DNA of 64,000 nt from Fimicolochytrium jonesii (GCF_025526975.1 NW_026515676.1:186001-250000); one strand, 5' to 3'. Counted from the first letter of the stretch, positions 34,968 to 48,345 are shown. Made by a program: numbers and translations. The notes: generated by a model from the letters alone, not told the origin.

Positions 34968-36179
34968 GTCGGAATCCATGCTAGAACGCCGCCAACATAT
35001 CGAACGAGAAAAAGGAAATGATAAAAAAGATGGCGACGAGTACCGCCAAGATGCTTGCGGCGATGGAATCCCTCCGGAACCAGACCAAGCGGGATTTCCA
35101 AGTCGATCTCGTAATAAATGCGGCTTCGGCCCGTTTGAAGGTCGAGCTCGCGTCGGCTGCACGAAGAGCTGAATGGTCCCTCTTCCGTGTCCCTCTTCGA
35201 ATGGGACACGGTGCCGTCGTTCACCGGGGTCCGCCGACGATACGTCCACACCGGCAACGAGGTTTACAAGTCGATCCAAGACCACATGATCGCCGTCCGG
35301 TGGTGCGGCCGCATTTACTGTACATCTGCGGGTACATACATCGGGACAGACTGGATCGTACTGGCACAATTCTCGGGGTCGGCGAGGAATCCTCGGTCGT
35401 GGGGCTTTCCCGACACTTGCGCGAACCAAGAATGTGGAGATTCATACATGAAGAGGTGCAGGTTTCAGAGCGCCTCTTCCTTCTTTCTTCTTTTTCCTTG
35501 CGCTCAACCTCTTTAGTTGACTTAAGCACGATGGGACGACAGAAGAATCCCAAGTCTGGAAGGGGTGGTGTGGTTGGGGGGGGGGGGGGGGGGCGGGGGG
35601 GGAGCGGGGGGGGGCGGGGGGGGGGGGGGGGTCGCCGCGCTCGGGCTCGCTTGTTGCATGATTTGTTGAGGCGGTTCAATCGGTTGACAGAGGCATACGT
35701 TGTGCGACGATTGGATGAGCACGGCTGGATTGGGTCGGGGCTGCTTGAGGCGTGGTAAGCTATCATGTATTGCGCTATTGCGTGTTCGCGTAGGGATGTA
35801 GGCGGTTGCAGGTTTGGGGGACAGTGGTTGTTTGCTAACTTTTCTTTTCGCTATACCTCTCCTCCCAGTGATGCTCTGCACCGCGCCAACCACTGGGCTG
35901 AGGTCAACTGCCGGGCGGGTCGTGCGGTGTCGCTGGAGACGGTTGAGCACTGCCCTATGATGATCGTGCCATCATTCTGAGACCTTGCGGGGTGGAGGTT
36001 CTCACTGTGGACGTTTCAGATCCCCTCTATCCCCCAGGAACGGAGGACGGGAGAACCGCACCGTCTCAAAAAGGCGGCGTCGGGTCCCTCTTCCTACGTT
36101 CTGGCGCGGGGTACGAGCGATGCTGCCGATACGTGCTGGACGGGGTGATCGGATATGCGTGATTTAGTCAGGACAGGTT

Positions 36180-38027
36180 GTGGAGTCTGTCGATCTCCAC
36201 AATATCGTTAAGGAATACCGCTGGGCTATCTTGACTCGATGTGACATGCAGCCCATCGTCACCGATACGCTGACTACCGCCCAGACGAACGAGCTCAAGG
36301 ACCTCGTCCCCGGAGGTCTACGCACCGCTATGGAAAACTTCTACGAGGACCTCAACGCACTGGCCGAACCGTACATACTCTTTTCAGGTTTGTGGATAAC
36401 ATCCAGCTGATCTTTGGAGAGCCCGGTGTCCACAGCCAGGAAGCATGCCCTTCTTGATGTTCAAGCTGCCTCCTCAATATCCACCTGGGAACTAGGGGTG
36501 CGCAGTTCGCCTCTCGACACGGTGTGCGTATCGAGACTGCCCTCCGAGCATCGGCCCGGGGTGCACTGGGAACTGGGCTCAAGAATGCGGCTACACGTGC
36601 CGCTTCCTACGCTGCTCTACGCCAGATCGGTACGGACGTTACCCCAAACAGTCCTTCACCCCTGGCGGTTTCAACAACTGAGCAATTGGCCGAAAAGGAT
36701 GCATTGGCTGCAAGGGAGAAATCTTTCATTTACCTCCGGGACCAGCCACGGTCTTCAAACAAGGCAAGCCCACTGCCTATCCCGTGGGACCCGCTCGCAT
36801 TATCAGTAGAAACCTGCAACTCATTTGGGAATCACTCACTTGGGAATCAAGAAACAGCGAACAGCGCAACAGCCGCAACAGCCGCAACAGCGAACATGTC
36901 CCTCAATCAGCACGAGCGAGAAACCGTAGAAGATGCGCTAGGCACCCTGAAAACCTGCAAGCTCCAGACGATAGCCGTAACCAAACTACCGAAAGGAATA
37001 AGGATTTTGCTTTTCGTCGAGATGGACGGCCCAATGTATATGGGTGCATACGAGGTAAGTGCCATGCCGCCCAGCCGATGTCCCATCTGCGTGCAAGATA
37101 ATGCCCAGTAGTAGGGGCCCGTGTATCATATATGGAAACAACTTTGGCGCCTCGCCTGGGCGCCTACGGCTACCCGAGACATTATTGGCATTGACCAAGA
37201 ATGCGTTGAGGAAACGGACGTTACACGCTCGCTTTGGCTAGCCATTATCTTTGCGATCAAACTCTGGCATTAAATCGGACACGTCGTGCTGGGGCCCGCT
37301 TTGTCCTACCAATTCCGTCTCGCGGGGCAGCAGGTGGTCGGCGTTCGCCATGGTGGATAAGCGTGTTATACTATCAGCCGCGTACGCCAGGCACGCAGTT
37401 CCCGACCGTGCTGAATGCGGGGGGGCGGGTTGCAGGGGCCAGCAGGAAAGATGGGAAGTTATCCGCCAGGGCATCGCCGCTCGCGCCCGCTGTCTGCAAC
37501 GAAGGCTGCCAGACTTGCCGCCGCTTTCTCGGCGGACGCAGGAATCGGGAACCATCTGAGAGGGAGGCCGGTGGAAGCGACAAGTGGTCACAAGATCAAC
37601 TAGAGACGTACCCCTCACTTGCATGGGCACTCAGGTTGTGCCTGGCTACGCTTCCATATCGCAAGAGATCCTACGAGTCTTTGAATACGGATGAGAGAGA
37701 CACGGAGATGGCCATGGCCGTCTGCACATTCTACGCTCAGAGACTTCGGGACGTGTACAGTATCAATCCCAAGCTGGGATAGCCGTTCTGGTTACAGACT
37801 CAGGCTTTGAAAGCGACTTTGTTACTCCTATCGGCATCGACGACATCTACGCCGAGGCATCCTCCTCTTCCGACGACGAACGCACCTACGACGAATTCCT
37901 ACGCGATACGGCATCGAACGCGGCTTCCCCTTCATCGACAAATAAGCAACCTCCGAACGGAGTCCATTGTGCTCTGGACGAGGAACGTAGTCCTTTAGAG
38001 TCTATGGACAAGGAGGAGGTTGCTTAG
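36180..38027 (+). pseudogene. Chain of co-oriented frameshifted orphan ORFs ending ...ALDEERSPLESMDKEEVA*
   Basis: Protein-like segments in alternating frames (36180-36410, 36524-37111, 37234-37782, 37779-38027). Confidence 0.4.
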
Positions 38028-38405
38028 TATCCCACCGCCGCACTACCCCCCGCACTACCCGCCGCACTAAGCACATCCTCCCGAATGCCGCATTCGCCTC
38101 TCAATTCGCATCGGTTTATTTATCAACATACTTATGGGTTTACGGGTTTCCCTGGACATTAGGTCCTAAATTGCGCACTGCGCTCCCGATGGCTAGTTCT
38201 TCTTCATCGAAACATCCCTCCCTCCCACCGTAGTAGCTTTTTCAGTCATAGCACTCGTACGCTCAAAAGAGATAAGGGAACAGGAAAGGATAGGGTTATC
38301 TGTTATTTATTCACTCGAGAAGAAAAATAGAGAAGCTTACTAAGCAACCTCCTCCTCGTCCATAGACTCCAGAGGACTACATACTGTCCGTTCCTCGTCC
38401 AGAGC
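37971..38405. repeat. ~60-bp imperfect inverted repeat (37971-38029 and 38338-38405)
   Basis: gctctggacgaggaacg..tagtcct.tagagtctatggac.aggaggaggttgcttagta against its reverse complement, which carries a 9-bp insertion. Confidence 0.92.
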
Positions 38406-38621
38406 CCTTCAAGGCGTAAAGGCGGACGCGTCCCGTTGAAAGATGCCTTGTGTTACGTACGCAATCAGGCCGCGGAAAGTCCGACGTTCTTGGCTTGCTT
38501 TCGCCTAGCGCTTTTGCTCGCATAGATCAGCCAACTAAAATATTGCGGTCTGAACAGCATACGCATACCCCCAGTCCGGACATACCCCACATATAGCATC
38601 CACTCCACAAGGCACGCCACC

Positions 38622-41056
38622 ATGGGAGCCGGTGTCTCCTCCAGTCGTCGCCCTCCAGTCGTCGCCGTCCATCCAGCAACCAGCAACCAAGTTACGTCTC
38701 CCAATCCCCCGTCACTTCCATTCAAGAAAGCCAAGCACCCCCGACCACGACAAGTCTCCTTCCCCCGCATACACCAAAACACATCCCGCCGCGGCCGCTA
38801 CATGCGTCTAGCCGTACGGTTCGACCCCGGCGGAAAAGATGCGCGACGGGCGTTCAAAAGCGCAAAGAAGTGGAGGGCGGCGTGGGTGGAGTTTGTGACA
38901 TTGCTGGAGGCGGGAGCGAGGGGGTGTGCGGCTTGGAGCGAGGTACAGTACGTCTCATACAAAAATCACATAAACCCTGCAAAAAACCAGAATCCGCCTT
39001 ACTCACATTTTCCGTTCCCCCACCCCCCCCCCCCCCCCCACAGTACGAAACACTCAACCGACCCATCGGCTTCAGCGGCCCCTTCACGCATACCTCCCAC
39101 CTCATCGCTCAACTCCCTGCTTTGTCGCACACCTTTCTGACGCAGCTTGACGCGCACATTACACTGCTTGCGCTCATGTCGCACCAGCCGACGCACGCGC
39201 GCGAGGCTATCAAGCGGGAGGAGGGGGTTATGATGTTGCGGAACATGATGGCGACGCTTGGGGAGATGTGGGGCGCGGTTGGGAAGATTTGTGGGGAGAT
39301 GGAGGGGGCGTTTGGTGGCAGTGATAAGGAGGGGGGCAAGGACGGGGGAAGGGAGGACGATTGGGGAAGGGACGGGTGTGTGGAGGCGAAGATGAAGATT
39401 CTGAAGCGGGTGGGGAGGGTGTTTGGGAAAGCGGCGAGGCGGTGGGAGTGCGTGTGTGTGGAGGAGGTTAAAGCAGTGGGGAGTTTGAGGGAGTGGTGGA
39501 GGAAGGATTGGATGGTGAGTTTTCTTATCCCACCCTCATCTTTCCGCCCTAGCGTTTACTCCGCATGTGAAAACATGCCTTCGCGAATCGGTTTTCTCAA
39601 TTATTCATCTCGGACATAGGCACGAATGAAGAACTCCACGACGGACACCACCCCGACTTACCTCACCCTCCTCGACACCTGGCACACGCTGCTCACCTCC
39701 CCAGCCGCACTTCCTTCCAGAACAGGCGTCACCCGCGCCACCGCCATCCTTTCCAGCGCGCTCACCCAGCAACACGACAGCGAGCGCGCTACCTCCCAAA
39801 ACATCGCGCTCGTGCGCAAACTCAGTCGGAATGCGACCGCCGCGTCGAAGAAGCTTTCCAGGGGCCGTGTCGCGCCTGCCGACGCTGCGGTGGAGTATAG
39901 TGTGAAGGGAGTGAAGGAACGGAGGAAGTTGTCACAGGATCTGCATGCGTTGGATGTGGCGAAGGAGCGGTTGGAGGAAGGTGTGAGGAGGAACAAGGAG
40001 TTAGCGGAAGGGGTTGTCTGCAGGGCCGTGGGTGGGCTGTGGGGGAGTTTGGGGAGGTATGGGGTGGTTTTAGAGGGGTTGTATGTGGGGGTGCTGAGGG
40101 AGCGGGAGAGTGCAGCTTTTTTGGACGGGGACAAGTTGATGCAAGTGTCGAGTGCCGACTCTGCACCTGTGCAGCGGCCATCACGGGAAGAGGTGCTGAA
40201 TCCCGCAGTGGCACATCCGCCACCTTCGGAGCTGGCCCACTCGCAGGCAATAGCCCGGCCGCGACGAGCCAGTCGAGTCAAGATCCCACTATACGAGTAC
40301 ACTTTGGACCACTCGCCAACATCTATCCCCGCCTTCCCACCCGTCGTACCCCCCAAACGCGACCAGAAACGCCCATCCTCCGCCACGTATCCTATTCCCC
40401 TCCCCGCCCTCCCCGACCCCAACCCCAACCCGCCAGCTATCCCACCCAAGAAACCAAAATCATCCCCCAACACCCTCACATCCCGCCCCCACTCCGCGCG
40501 CGCATCCTACCCAGTCATCAAATCCCTCTACCCCTCCCTCGATGCCCCCTCCCTCACAGACCAAGCACACCCCGACCTCCATCTCCACCCACACCCCCCA
40601 ACAGCCCCACCCCTCCACCACTTCCCCCGCTCGCATTCATCCATTTCGTCCAATTCACAGGACCCCGACAACACCGCATTCCCAACCACCCTCCTCCCGT
40701 CCTCATCCCATTCATCAACAAACACGCTCGCCACAACAACAACCACACCACCCAAAACGAAAACGAGCAAGAAAGTCAATGCGCCGCCCCCGCCGCCGTT
40801 CGCGCCGGGGTACGATCCCACGCTGCGGGAACCATCGCGCATCCCGACTACAACAACATTGGAACCGCTACCACAGCCCTCCTCGCAGATCCGAAAACCC
40901 GCCCCGCCACCCATCCCCGCGCGCCCGGCGCACATCCGAAAACGGCTGTACAAACCAGCAGGCGAGAAGGGGTCAGAGAGGGTCGCGGCGCCGGCGGTGC
41001 CTGAGAGGAGGAAAAGGCCCAGGTCGGGGGGGAAGAGGGAGGGGGTTGCTTGTTGA
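38622..41056 (+). CDS. Hypothetical protein (helical N-half, Pro-rich C-half, MG start), 3 exons
   Basis: Exons ~38622-38952, 39044-39514 and 39620-41056 with GT..AG introns; host-like composition. Confidence 0.7.
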
Positions 41057-41818
41057 GCGTGTTTGGGCGGGCGTGGAGCCGGGGATCATCTCATACCCCA
41101 CTTATCTTTTGGGTGGGTTTATCTTCATACCCGTTTATCTTTTTGACATTTTTCCCAATTTTTGTACATACGGTCTCTCCTGCGGTCGGCGTTGAGCGCC
41201 CCTGACCTATATTTCATATTGGTCATATCGTAACAGAACGTTTTTCATGCTCTAGCGAGGTTTCCTCATGCACAGATATACTACTTTCTGTGGATCGAAA
41301 CCCACCCCGCCTTCGGTTTCTGCCAATCCGCAGTGACCCCAATTCCTGCACCGTGACACCTGCCCTCACGCGCAGCGACGTACGGAAATGACTGAGGAGA
41401 ATCGTTGCGATCATCAATGGGATGGAAGTTTTTGATGGGGCTGGCACTTCTTCCAAGATGTTGTTCTGGGACTTGGGGGATGTGTTTTTGTGTGGTTGAT
41501 GAAGGTCCGACACACTTGTTGGGTTTCGGACTTTTTGTTGGCAGCGGGTGAACGCGAAAACGTGTTGTGCTTACTCGCAACTCGCAACCGAAGGTAAAGG
41601 GAAAGCCAGGACGAAAAAGACGCAGGTAGCATCGTAGATGTACCACGATGTGGAACACCATAGGCGCCAACCCGACGGAAGAAACCCGGTTACGCGGAGA
41701 ACGGAACACAATGAAAGGAATATGTGCTTGACAAAGGAGTGGTATACAACGAGACAGAGAGAGGGGGAGAGAGGGAGAGAGGGAGGCAGCAAGAACGCAG
41801 GGAATCACAACCCACCCC

Positions 41819-42709
41819 TTACACAACCCGATGAACACCATCAACCTCATCAATGCCCTCAATCCTAACCCCAATATCCTGCAAGATCCCGTCGTTGAGA
41901 CGGTAGCACCACCCGTAAATGGTAAGCTTCTGCCCGCGCTTCCAGGCGTTCTGGACGATGGAGGTGTAGGCGATGGCGTGCGCGGAGCGCGAGCAGTTGA
42001 TTTCGACCATGCGGTCGCATTTCTCGGATTCGGTGAGGTGTTTGAGGGTGGGAGCATGGAAGCTGTAGAGTTCTGTGTTGCGGAAGGTCGATGGAGGATT
42101 GTCAGGCGCTTTGCGAGACTTTTGATGTGTATCACCTTGCCATTTGGACCACATACCTTTCACGGTACGAATCCAGTTATCAACGATCCCAAACTGCTGG
42201 TTCTGCAGCGCAGCCGCGACACCTCCGCATCCGTAATGGCCACAGACAATGATGTGCCTGACCTTGAGGACGTCGACGGCGTATTGGAGGACACTGAGGC
42301 AGTTCAGATCGGCGTGCTGGACGATGTTGGCGATGTTGCGGTGCACGAACACCTCTCCTGGGCCCAATTTCAGGAGCTGCGACATTTAGTTAGTACGTGA
42401 TCAAGCGGTTCGAAGACGCAGGTATGCACTTGTCTCACCTCGTTAGCGGGAACACGTGAGTCGGCGCATCCGATCCAAAGGACCTCGGGAACCTGCCTCT
42501 GAGCGAGCTTCTCGAAGAAACCGGGTTTGGCGGCGCTGATCTCTGCAGCCCCTGCGAGGTATTCCATTTTTGTCAGCTGGAGGCGCTCCCTCGGCGTTTA
42601 CGAAAGACTAACGGCGGTGGAAGATGGTTCCCGCATACTCACATTCCCTGTTGTTCTGCATCATGATTTCAGGGGTCAGATGAGGGGCGGGCGTTGTTGG
42701 TGTAGCCAT
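41819..42709 (-). CDS. NCE103: Beta-class carbonic anhydrase (Nce103-like), 4 exons
   Basis: [37 protein letters not shown]. Confidence 0.95.
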
Positions 42710-43529
42710 GGTGGCAAGAGTAGTGTCCTATGGGCAAGATGGGTAATTCTGGTCATCTCAAGAGAGTCGTCAAGTGAGCCCATTTCGGAGGGGGCGTGTC
42801 CTCACCTGGGTATATATGTATGCAAGAAAAGCTCTCTAGATGAAGAGGAGAGAGAGGAAGACAGATACTGTACGTCCTGAGTTGGAGGTTATGTGATGCA
42901 GCCTTGGGATCGCCCGCGATGAGACCAGGAAGAAAGGACGCAGACATCCATACGGACGCTGACTCGACGCGACAAGGACACATCATCCCCAGCATAGCCA
43001 CCAGCAGAAGTCGCCGGCCTGCCTGCCCATCTGAACAAGTACATACAGTACACACAGCAACAGCGTTAGGGTTGTGTTCCTCGCGAGGTAACGGTCTTTC
43101 CGCGCAGAGGGTAAACTCAGACCTTCCGCGAGCTCGGCGAGAGAAACAGCCTCCCGTACAGTACGAGCAAACAGCCGTACGAGCAAACTCGCCACCGCTA
43201 GACGTTCCTTTCCTATTGCGCACCGTCCGCATCCGGCAACGCGAGTCTGTTTGCACATCTATGGTTGTATCACGGGAAGGCGGCGAAATAAACCCAAATG
43301 AAGTCTGCAGGTGCATTTGCGGTGTACGGGACGGGCTCGTTGTTATTTGGTATGAGGGGTATTGAGTTCATACGCGAGGAATTGTGGCGACGTGTGGAGA
43401 CAGCCCTCTCCAGTGCGCTGGGGATAGCTACCACCACATACCCCACCGACGGCCCACCCTCCACCCTCCACCCTCCCGCAGCAAACCGAGCCCAGCCATC
43501 GTCCATGAGACCACCAGTCCAAAATCAAC

Positions 43530-44536
43530 TCACGAAAACTAAACAGAAAGAACGAAAATCGACGCCGTTAGCCTTTCTCACGCTGATACGCGAGGTTAAG
43601 GGGATGGATCATACCTGTTGCAGGAACTGGATAATGATCATAAGGGGGCAGCGGGAGAGCAGTTGTGTGGCGTCAGTAAAAGCTATCAAGCGACATCCGG
43701 GCGCATGCACCTTGCAACTACATACCGACTCGGCCACAATCCGCGCGCGCGCATTCAACGACAACTTCATCTCACTAATCTCCTTATCAACCTCCTCCAT
43801 AAACTGCACGATGAAATCCACCAGTTTGTGCTTATACATCGTCTCCGTGTGCGTGTTTGTTATCAAAAAGGAGATATCATATCCCTTGACAAAAAAATCC
43901 CATCAGTCCCCACTGTGTCACACCCACCAGAACGGGGATCTGAGCACACACTTACAGGCACCGGCTTTCGTCTCAAGATATAGAACCCCTCAGCGCGCAT
44001 CATCAAGAACCTCGTGAATTTATGGCAGAGGATACGTTCGATCTCGTCGGCCTGTTTGACTTTTATGGAGATGCGGAGGGAGTTGATGGAGCCTTCGATG
44101 AGGGTTTTTTCGTTCTCATTGCGGGAGATTTGGACGGGGGTTAGGAGGACTTCTGGGGTTACTCTGGTGAGATCAGAGAGGGAGGGTGGGTTAGTGTCGC
44201 GAGCAAAGCGAGCCACATGGTGCCGGAGGGGAAGGGTTGCCACTGAGTGGGATTTTGTTTACGAACCGGGCTTCGACTTCGGGTTTGTTGTGCCGCTCGA
44301 CGACTTGTGAGGCAAAGTTTTCGAGACAGAGGGCGGCGGTTAGCGTGGCGCGCACGGCAGCGAGGTAGGGGCGTAGTGTGTTTGACTGAGGGGGGTGAGG
44401 GAAGGGATGGGTTAGATTGTGGGTGGGTGGCGACGGGAGTTTTTGTCAGTTCTGACAGGCAGCACGCCGATACCACACCCAGGGCAAATAGTAGCCCGAC
44501 CCTGCCGAGGCCCGGGTCATCCCAGCCTACCGCCAT
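43530..44536 (-). CDS. ARPC4: Arp2/3 complex subunit 4 (Arc19), multi-exon
   Basis: [72 protein letters not shown]. Confidence 0.97.
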
Positions 44537-44942
44537 CTACTCCAGGAAACGTCACGCCAAGACCCAGATGCCCATGGGTCCCATCCTCCCGCTCCTCATC
44601 CTTCCCTGGCACACCCATCCCCGGCTGTGCATTTCCTCCCGCTCCCTGATCCCACTAAGCAGCTCCATAGCGGGTATGCGATATCGATCGGGTTCTCTCC
44701 CCCAGTCGTCCCCGGATTGTCCCGCTGTCGGCGAAGGACGGACGGTGATCACGTTGTTGTTGTTGTTGGCGCGATTCGGACGGGATGCGATGGAAGTAGA
44801 CTGGGCCCTGTCTGCTGTGGAGACGGGACTTACCATTGGTGGAGTGGTTGTGGCGTGGTTGCTGGGATTGTTGTGTGGGAAGGTGCGAGGGGTGTTTGTG
44901 ATGGGAAGGGGATGAGGCGGGCGGGCGCAAGTTTCCTGCTTC

Positions 44943-47108
44943 ATGACACTCCGTCGCTCTCCTACGCCGTACCTTAGCCTTCCGACCGTATACATACACT
45001 CCACAGAAGCTACCCACAGCGACCCTGCATACCGCCAGCTTATCCGCTCACAGCAAGCGGAAGTGCATCTCATTGGCTCTACTTACGCTTACGGTCCTGA
45101 TAACACCCCAATTCAAAGTCCACTCGACGGACCCCCTCAAATGTCCGGTGGCACCCACACCCCAACCTCCCCCCGCACCTCCATAGCCCACCTCGTCGCA
45201 GCCGCAGAACATCTCGAGCGCTGGGACCACCACGACTCCAAAACCGGTAGCCCCACCGACGACTCCACCACCACGACGGCAGGGAAGCGACGGGCGGTCG
45301 CGGGCTCGGGCAGTGTGTCCGCAGCGGGGTCACGAAGGGCGTCGCGGTCGAGTAGTCCCGATCGGAATGATGGCGCGGGAGACGGTGAGAATAGTAGTAG
45401 TAACGGCAATGGGAATGGGAATGGAACCACTACCGGTGGAAGGAAGAAGAAACCACCTCCAGCGAAACGCAAAGTAACCCACGCATGCATTTTCTGTCGA
45501 CGGAGCCATATGACATGCGACGACCACCGGCCTTGTAAACGGTGTATCAAGAGGAAGATAGGGCATTTGTGTCGGAATGACGAGAAGAGTGGTGGTGGTG
45601 GTGGGGGTGGTGCTGGTGGTGCTAATAGCGGAGCGGTGGATGCGCATCGTGGGATAGGGTCAGAGGACGAGCATACCCAGTCGTTGGATGTCGGCACCGG
45701 GTATACGGGCGAGGTGGTGGATGTCGGGCCGTCACCACGCACGTATCTGGACATGGCGGACCTAGGCGCGGCAGCTGGGGTGGTGCCGATGAGCTCCATT
45801 CTGAACCCTGCCCACGCCAACAGCAGCAACAGCAGCGCGGCAAACGATATAGTCAACCTACCTTCAACGCAGGTGTTGAACGCCAACATGGCCAGCGCGT
45901 TGGTTAACATCGACGCTATTTCACATCACCAGCAACAACAACATCTCCCGCATCAGCATACGGCACCGACACACCTGCCGAGCTATGCTGCGTACGATAA
46001 CGGGTTCGCGCATGCAGGCATGTCTGGGTTCCCGCACGTGTTTGCGTCAGCGAGTATGGGCAACGAGTTTGCAGTCTTGTCTGATTTCTTATCGAGTTGG
46101 GACGGCACGCTGGACGGCATCAACCAGCAGCAGACCCTGGGCGTCGGATACGAGGCCCTCGAGGGGTTGGTACAAGAACCCCAGGACGGCGCTCTCACCA
46201 CCGACCCCGCCCTCCCGCAACCCCCACCAACAACAACAACCACCACCGGCCGAAAATACTCTGACACCTCCCTCAACGGCACCAAACTCTCCTCCGCCGA
46301 GCGTTTCATCCTCACCGCGGCCGACCCCAACGACGGCCCCAACGAAGACCGTCTCCACTCCATCATCCTTGCCAAAATCGACGCAGGGCTTCTCAAACCC
46401 TACAACTACATCAACGGCTACACCCGCTTGCAGAAATGGATGGACACGCACATGTCCGCCCCATCCCGCCAACGTATCCTCCACGTACTCGGCATGTTCC
46501 GTCCCCGCTTCCGCCAAGTCGCGCAGAGTCTCACCGACTACGACCTCGTGATGGTCGAAGAAGCCTTCGAGCGGCTGTTACTAGAATACGACCGCGTGTT
46601 CTCAGCCATGGGCATCCCCGCCTGTCTCTGGCGGCGCACGGGCGAGATCTACAAAGCCAACAAGGAATTCGCGAACCTTGTCGGACTCGAAGGCGGGGAA
46701 CTGAGGGACGGGAAGGTGAAGCTGTATGAGTTGATGGATGAGGATTCGGCGGTGAATTATTGGGAGAAGTATGGGAATATTGCGTTTGATGCGGGGCAGA
46801 AGGCCGTGCTTACTAGTTGTGTGTTGTTGCCGAGGAAGGGGAGTAAGAGTATTACGGTGGGTGGGACGCCGACGACGACGACGGGGGAGCCGCAGGAGAC
46901 GAGAGGCGAGCATTGCTGTTTTAGTTTTACGATTCGGAGGGATAAGTATAATATCCCGTTGCTGGTACGTCGGGAGTTTATGTTCTCTCTGTTCGTCGTG
47001 CTTTTTGTCTTGGGGCATCAGATAAGTGACCTTCCGTTTCTTCATTAGATTGCAGGCAATTTCCTCGTCGTACGCAGCAACAGCGCCACCACACCGGCTG
47101 CCCAATAA
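44943..47108 (+). CDS. RDS2: Zn(II)2Cys6 plus PAS transcription factor, Rds2/AcuM type; start uncertain
   Basis: KVTHACIFCRRSHMTCDDHRPCKRCIKRKIGHLC; FILTAADP; AGLLKPYNY; PACLWRRTGEI; CCFSFTIRRD. Last intron 46966-47049. Confidence 0.9.
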
Positions 47109-47651
47109 CACCGCGGAGAATCAAATGCGGCACGCAAGATACCCCCCCACATACTCCAGACTATTCCCCGCGCCCCGCATGTATTCAGCCCAAAACGACC
47201 GTCTCACCATATGCGTATTTCAACATTATTAGACAACAAAACATGGGCAATATGCGTAACTGTCCGGCTCGCTGCACTTTGAGGGGATGCTTGTTGCACT
47301 GGTTTGAACCGAGGGGTTTGCCAACTGCGCTGGGGGGAGTCCCACACCAAAAGTCCGGGGTACCACCGAGGGACTAGGAAACTCGCGTGGGATGTCAATC
47401 CTCACAGCTTAAGTTCGCTTCCGCGTCCCCCCCTAGTAAACAGAGCAAGGCCTTCTGCGGTGAATTAGAACTCCTTCCCACGCGATAGCTGCTCAGGACC
47501 TGACAGACTTCTTGGCCGTCCGCATTCCGCTCTGACAAGCGCAGAAGTACCCCTCACTATCACGGTGAGGCGGCGGGGCGACTCGGTCGAGCCCATTGTG
47601 TTGCGGCAGAGCCGCGTTCCGCGAAAACACAAGCGGCAGTGTTCTACGCAG

Positions 47652-48345
47652 ATGTCGCCCTTTGAACTGGGGCAACCATGGCGCAAGCTCTTGTACGTCA
47701 AGCAGGGGTTTCCTGATAACTATGTCGACAAGACGTTCTTGGATGCTCTGCAGAAGAATGGTAGGCGCGGCGGATTACTTGGACTCGAAAAATTCCGTTC
47801 GCCCACGCGCATGCAGCATTACGAGGAGTGAATGCTGGACTCGGCTTGCGCAGCGTATTGCATGGAAGAAATGCCTGAACGGTAGCAAGGGCGAGTAGGA
47901 GCGGCGAGTTAATCGAGTCCGTTTGCGGTAGAGGCACCTATCGCAAAAGTCAACAACAGCGAGCACTCGTGGTTTGGTGCGAGCGAAGCAAGCCGCAGCC
48001 GTTGTGTAATATCTCGCCGCCCAAGTCGAGGCCGGAGTTTGTGGATAGCGAGAAAGTGGCGGTTTATTGGACGAATATGGGGGAGGTGGCGATGTTGTTT
48101 CTATGATGTTCATCCCTCCCAACCATCTCATCAATCACCCTTCCGCGCCTATGCATCGCTCACCCGACTCACGTCCTTCATTCCCCATCCAGTGAACGTG
48201 CGCGCCCACAAGTACTGGCCCACCGTCCTCCGCACCTGCGCTGTCTCGCAGCACATCAGCGGGATAACAGCCTTCATCGCCGTCTTAGTGCATCGCTACT
48301 CCGGTGTCCTCGCGCCGGACCGGCTAATGATGTGGGATGCAGTGG
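47652..48345 (+). pseudogene. GPI2: Truncated GPI2/PIG-C fragment (N-terminal ~90 aa only)
   Basis: PWRKLLYVKQGFPDNYVDKTFLDALQKN|VNVRAHKYW..VSQHIS. The downstream PIG-C core is not found in any frame before the next gene. Confidence 0.7.

Larger units (their letters stand above)
19950..38410. mobile_element. Decayed ~18 kb accessory island, putative large selfish element with chromatin-modifier cargo; boundaries approximate
   Basis: No housekeeping genes; many frameshifted orphan ORFs, nearly all on + from 23.5 kb; internal duplications; TET/JBP, H3-like, RING and ZnF relics. No transposase or termini identified. Confidence 0.6.

Noticed and set aside
35575..35632. Poly-G tract as a G-quadruplex or RGG-coding feature
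   Set aside because: Long G homopolymers are error-prone in sequencing and assembly, and G/C runs are common throughout the window.
37790..37945. PIF/Harbinger transposase-like DSG..TPY..IERxF pattern
   Set aside because: It needs an invented frameshift. The uninterrupted frame reads as a natural acidic C-terminus (VTPIGIDDIYAEASSSSDDE), and no upstream catalytic Asp motif is visible.
37971..38405. Classical MITE
   Set aside because: No target-site duplication (flanks cattgt and ccttca), and the left arm is the coding tail of an ORF.
39658..41195. Long overlapping or antisense ORFs here and over most host genes
   Set aside because: Expected by-products of high GC and strong C/G skew; the translations are low-complexity with no domain motifs.
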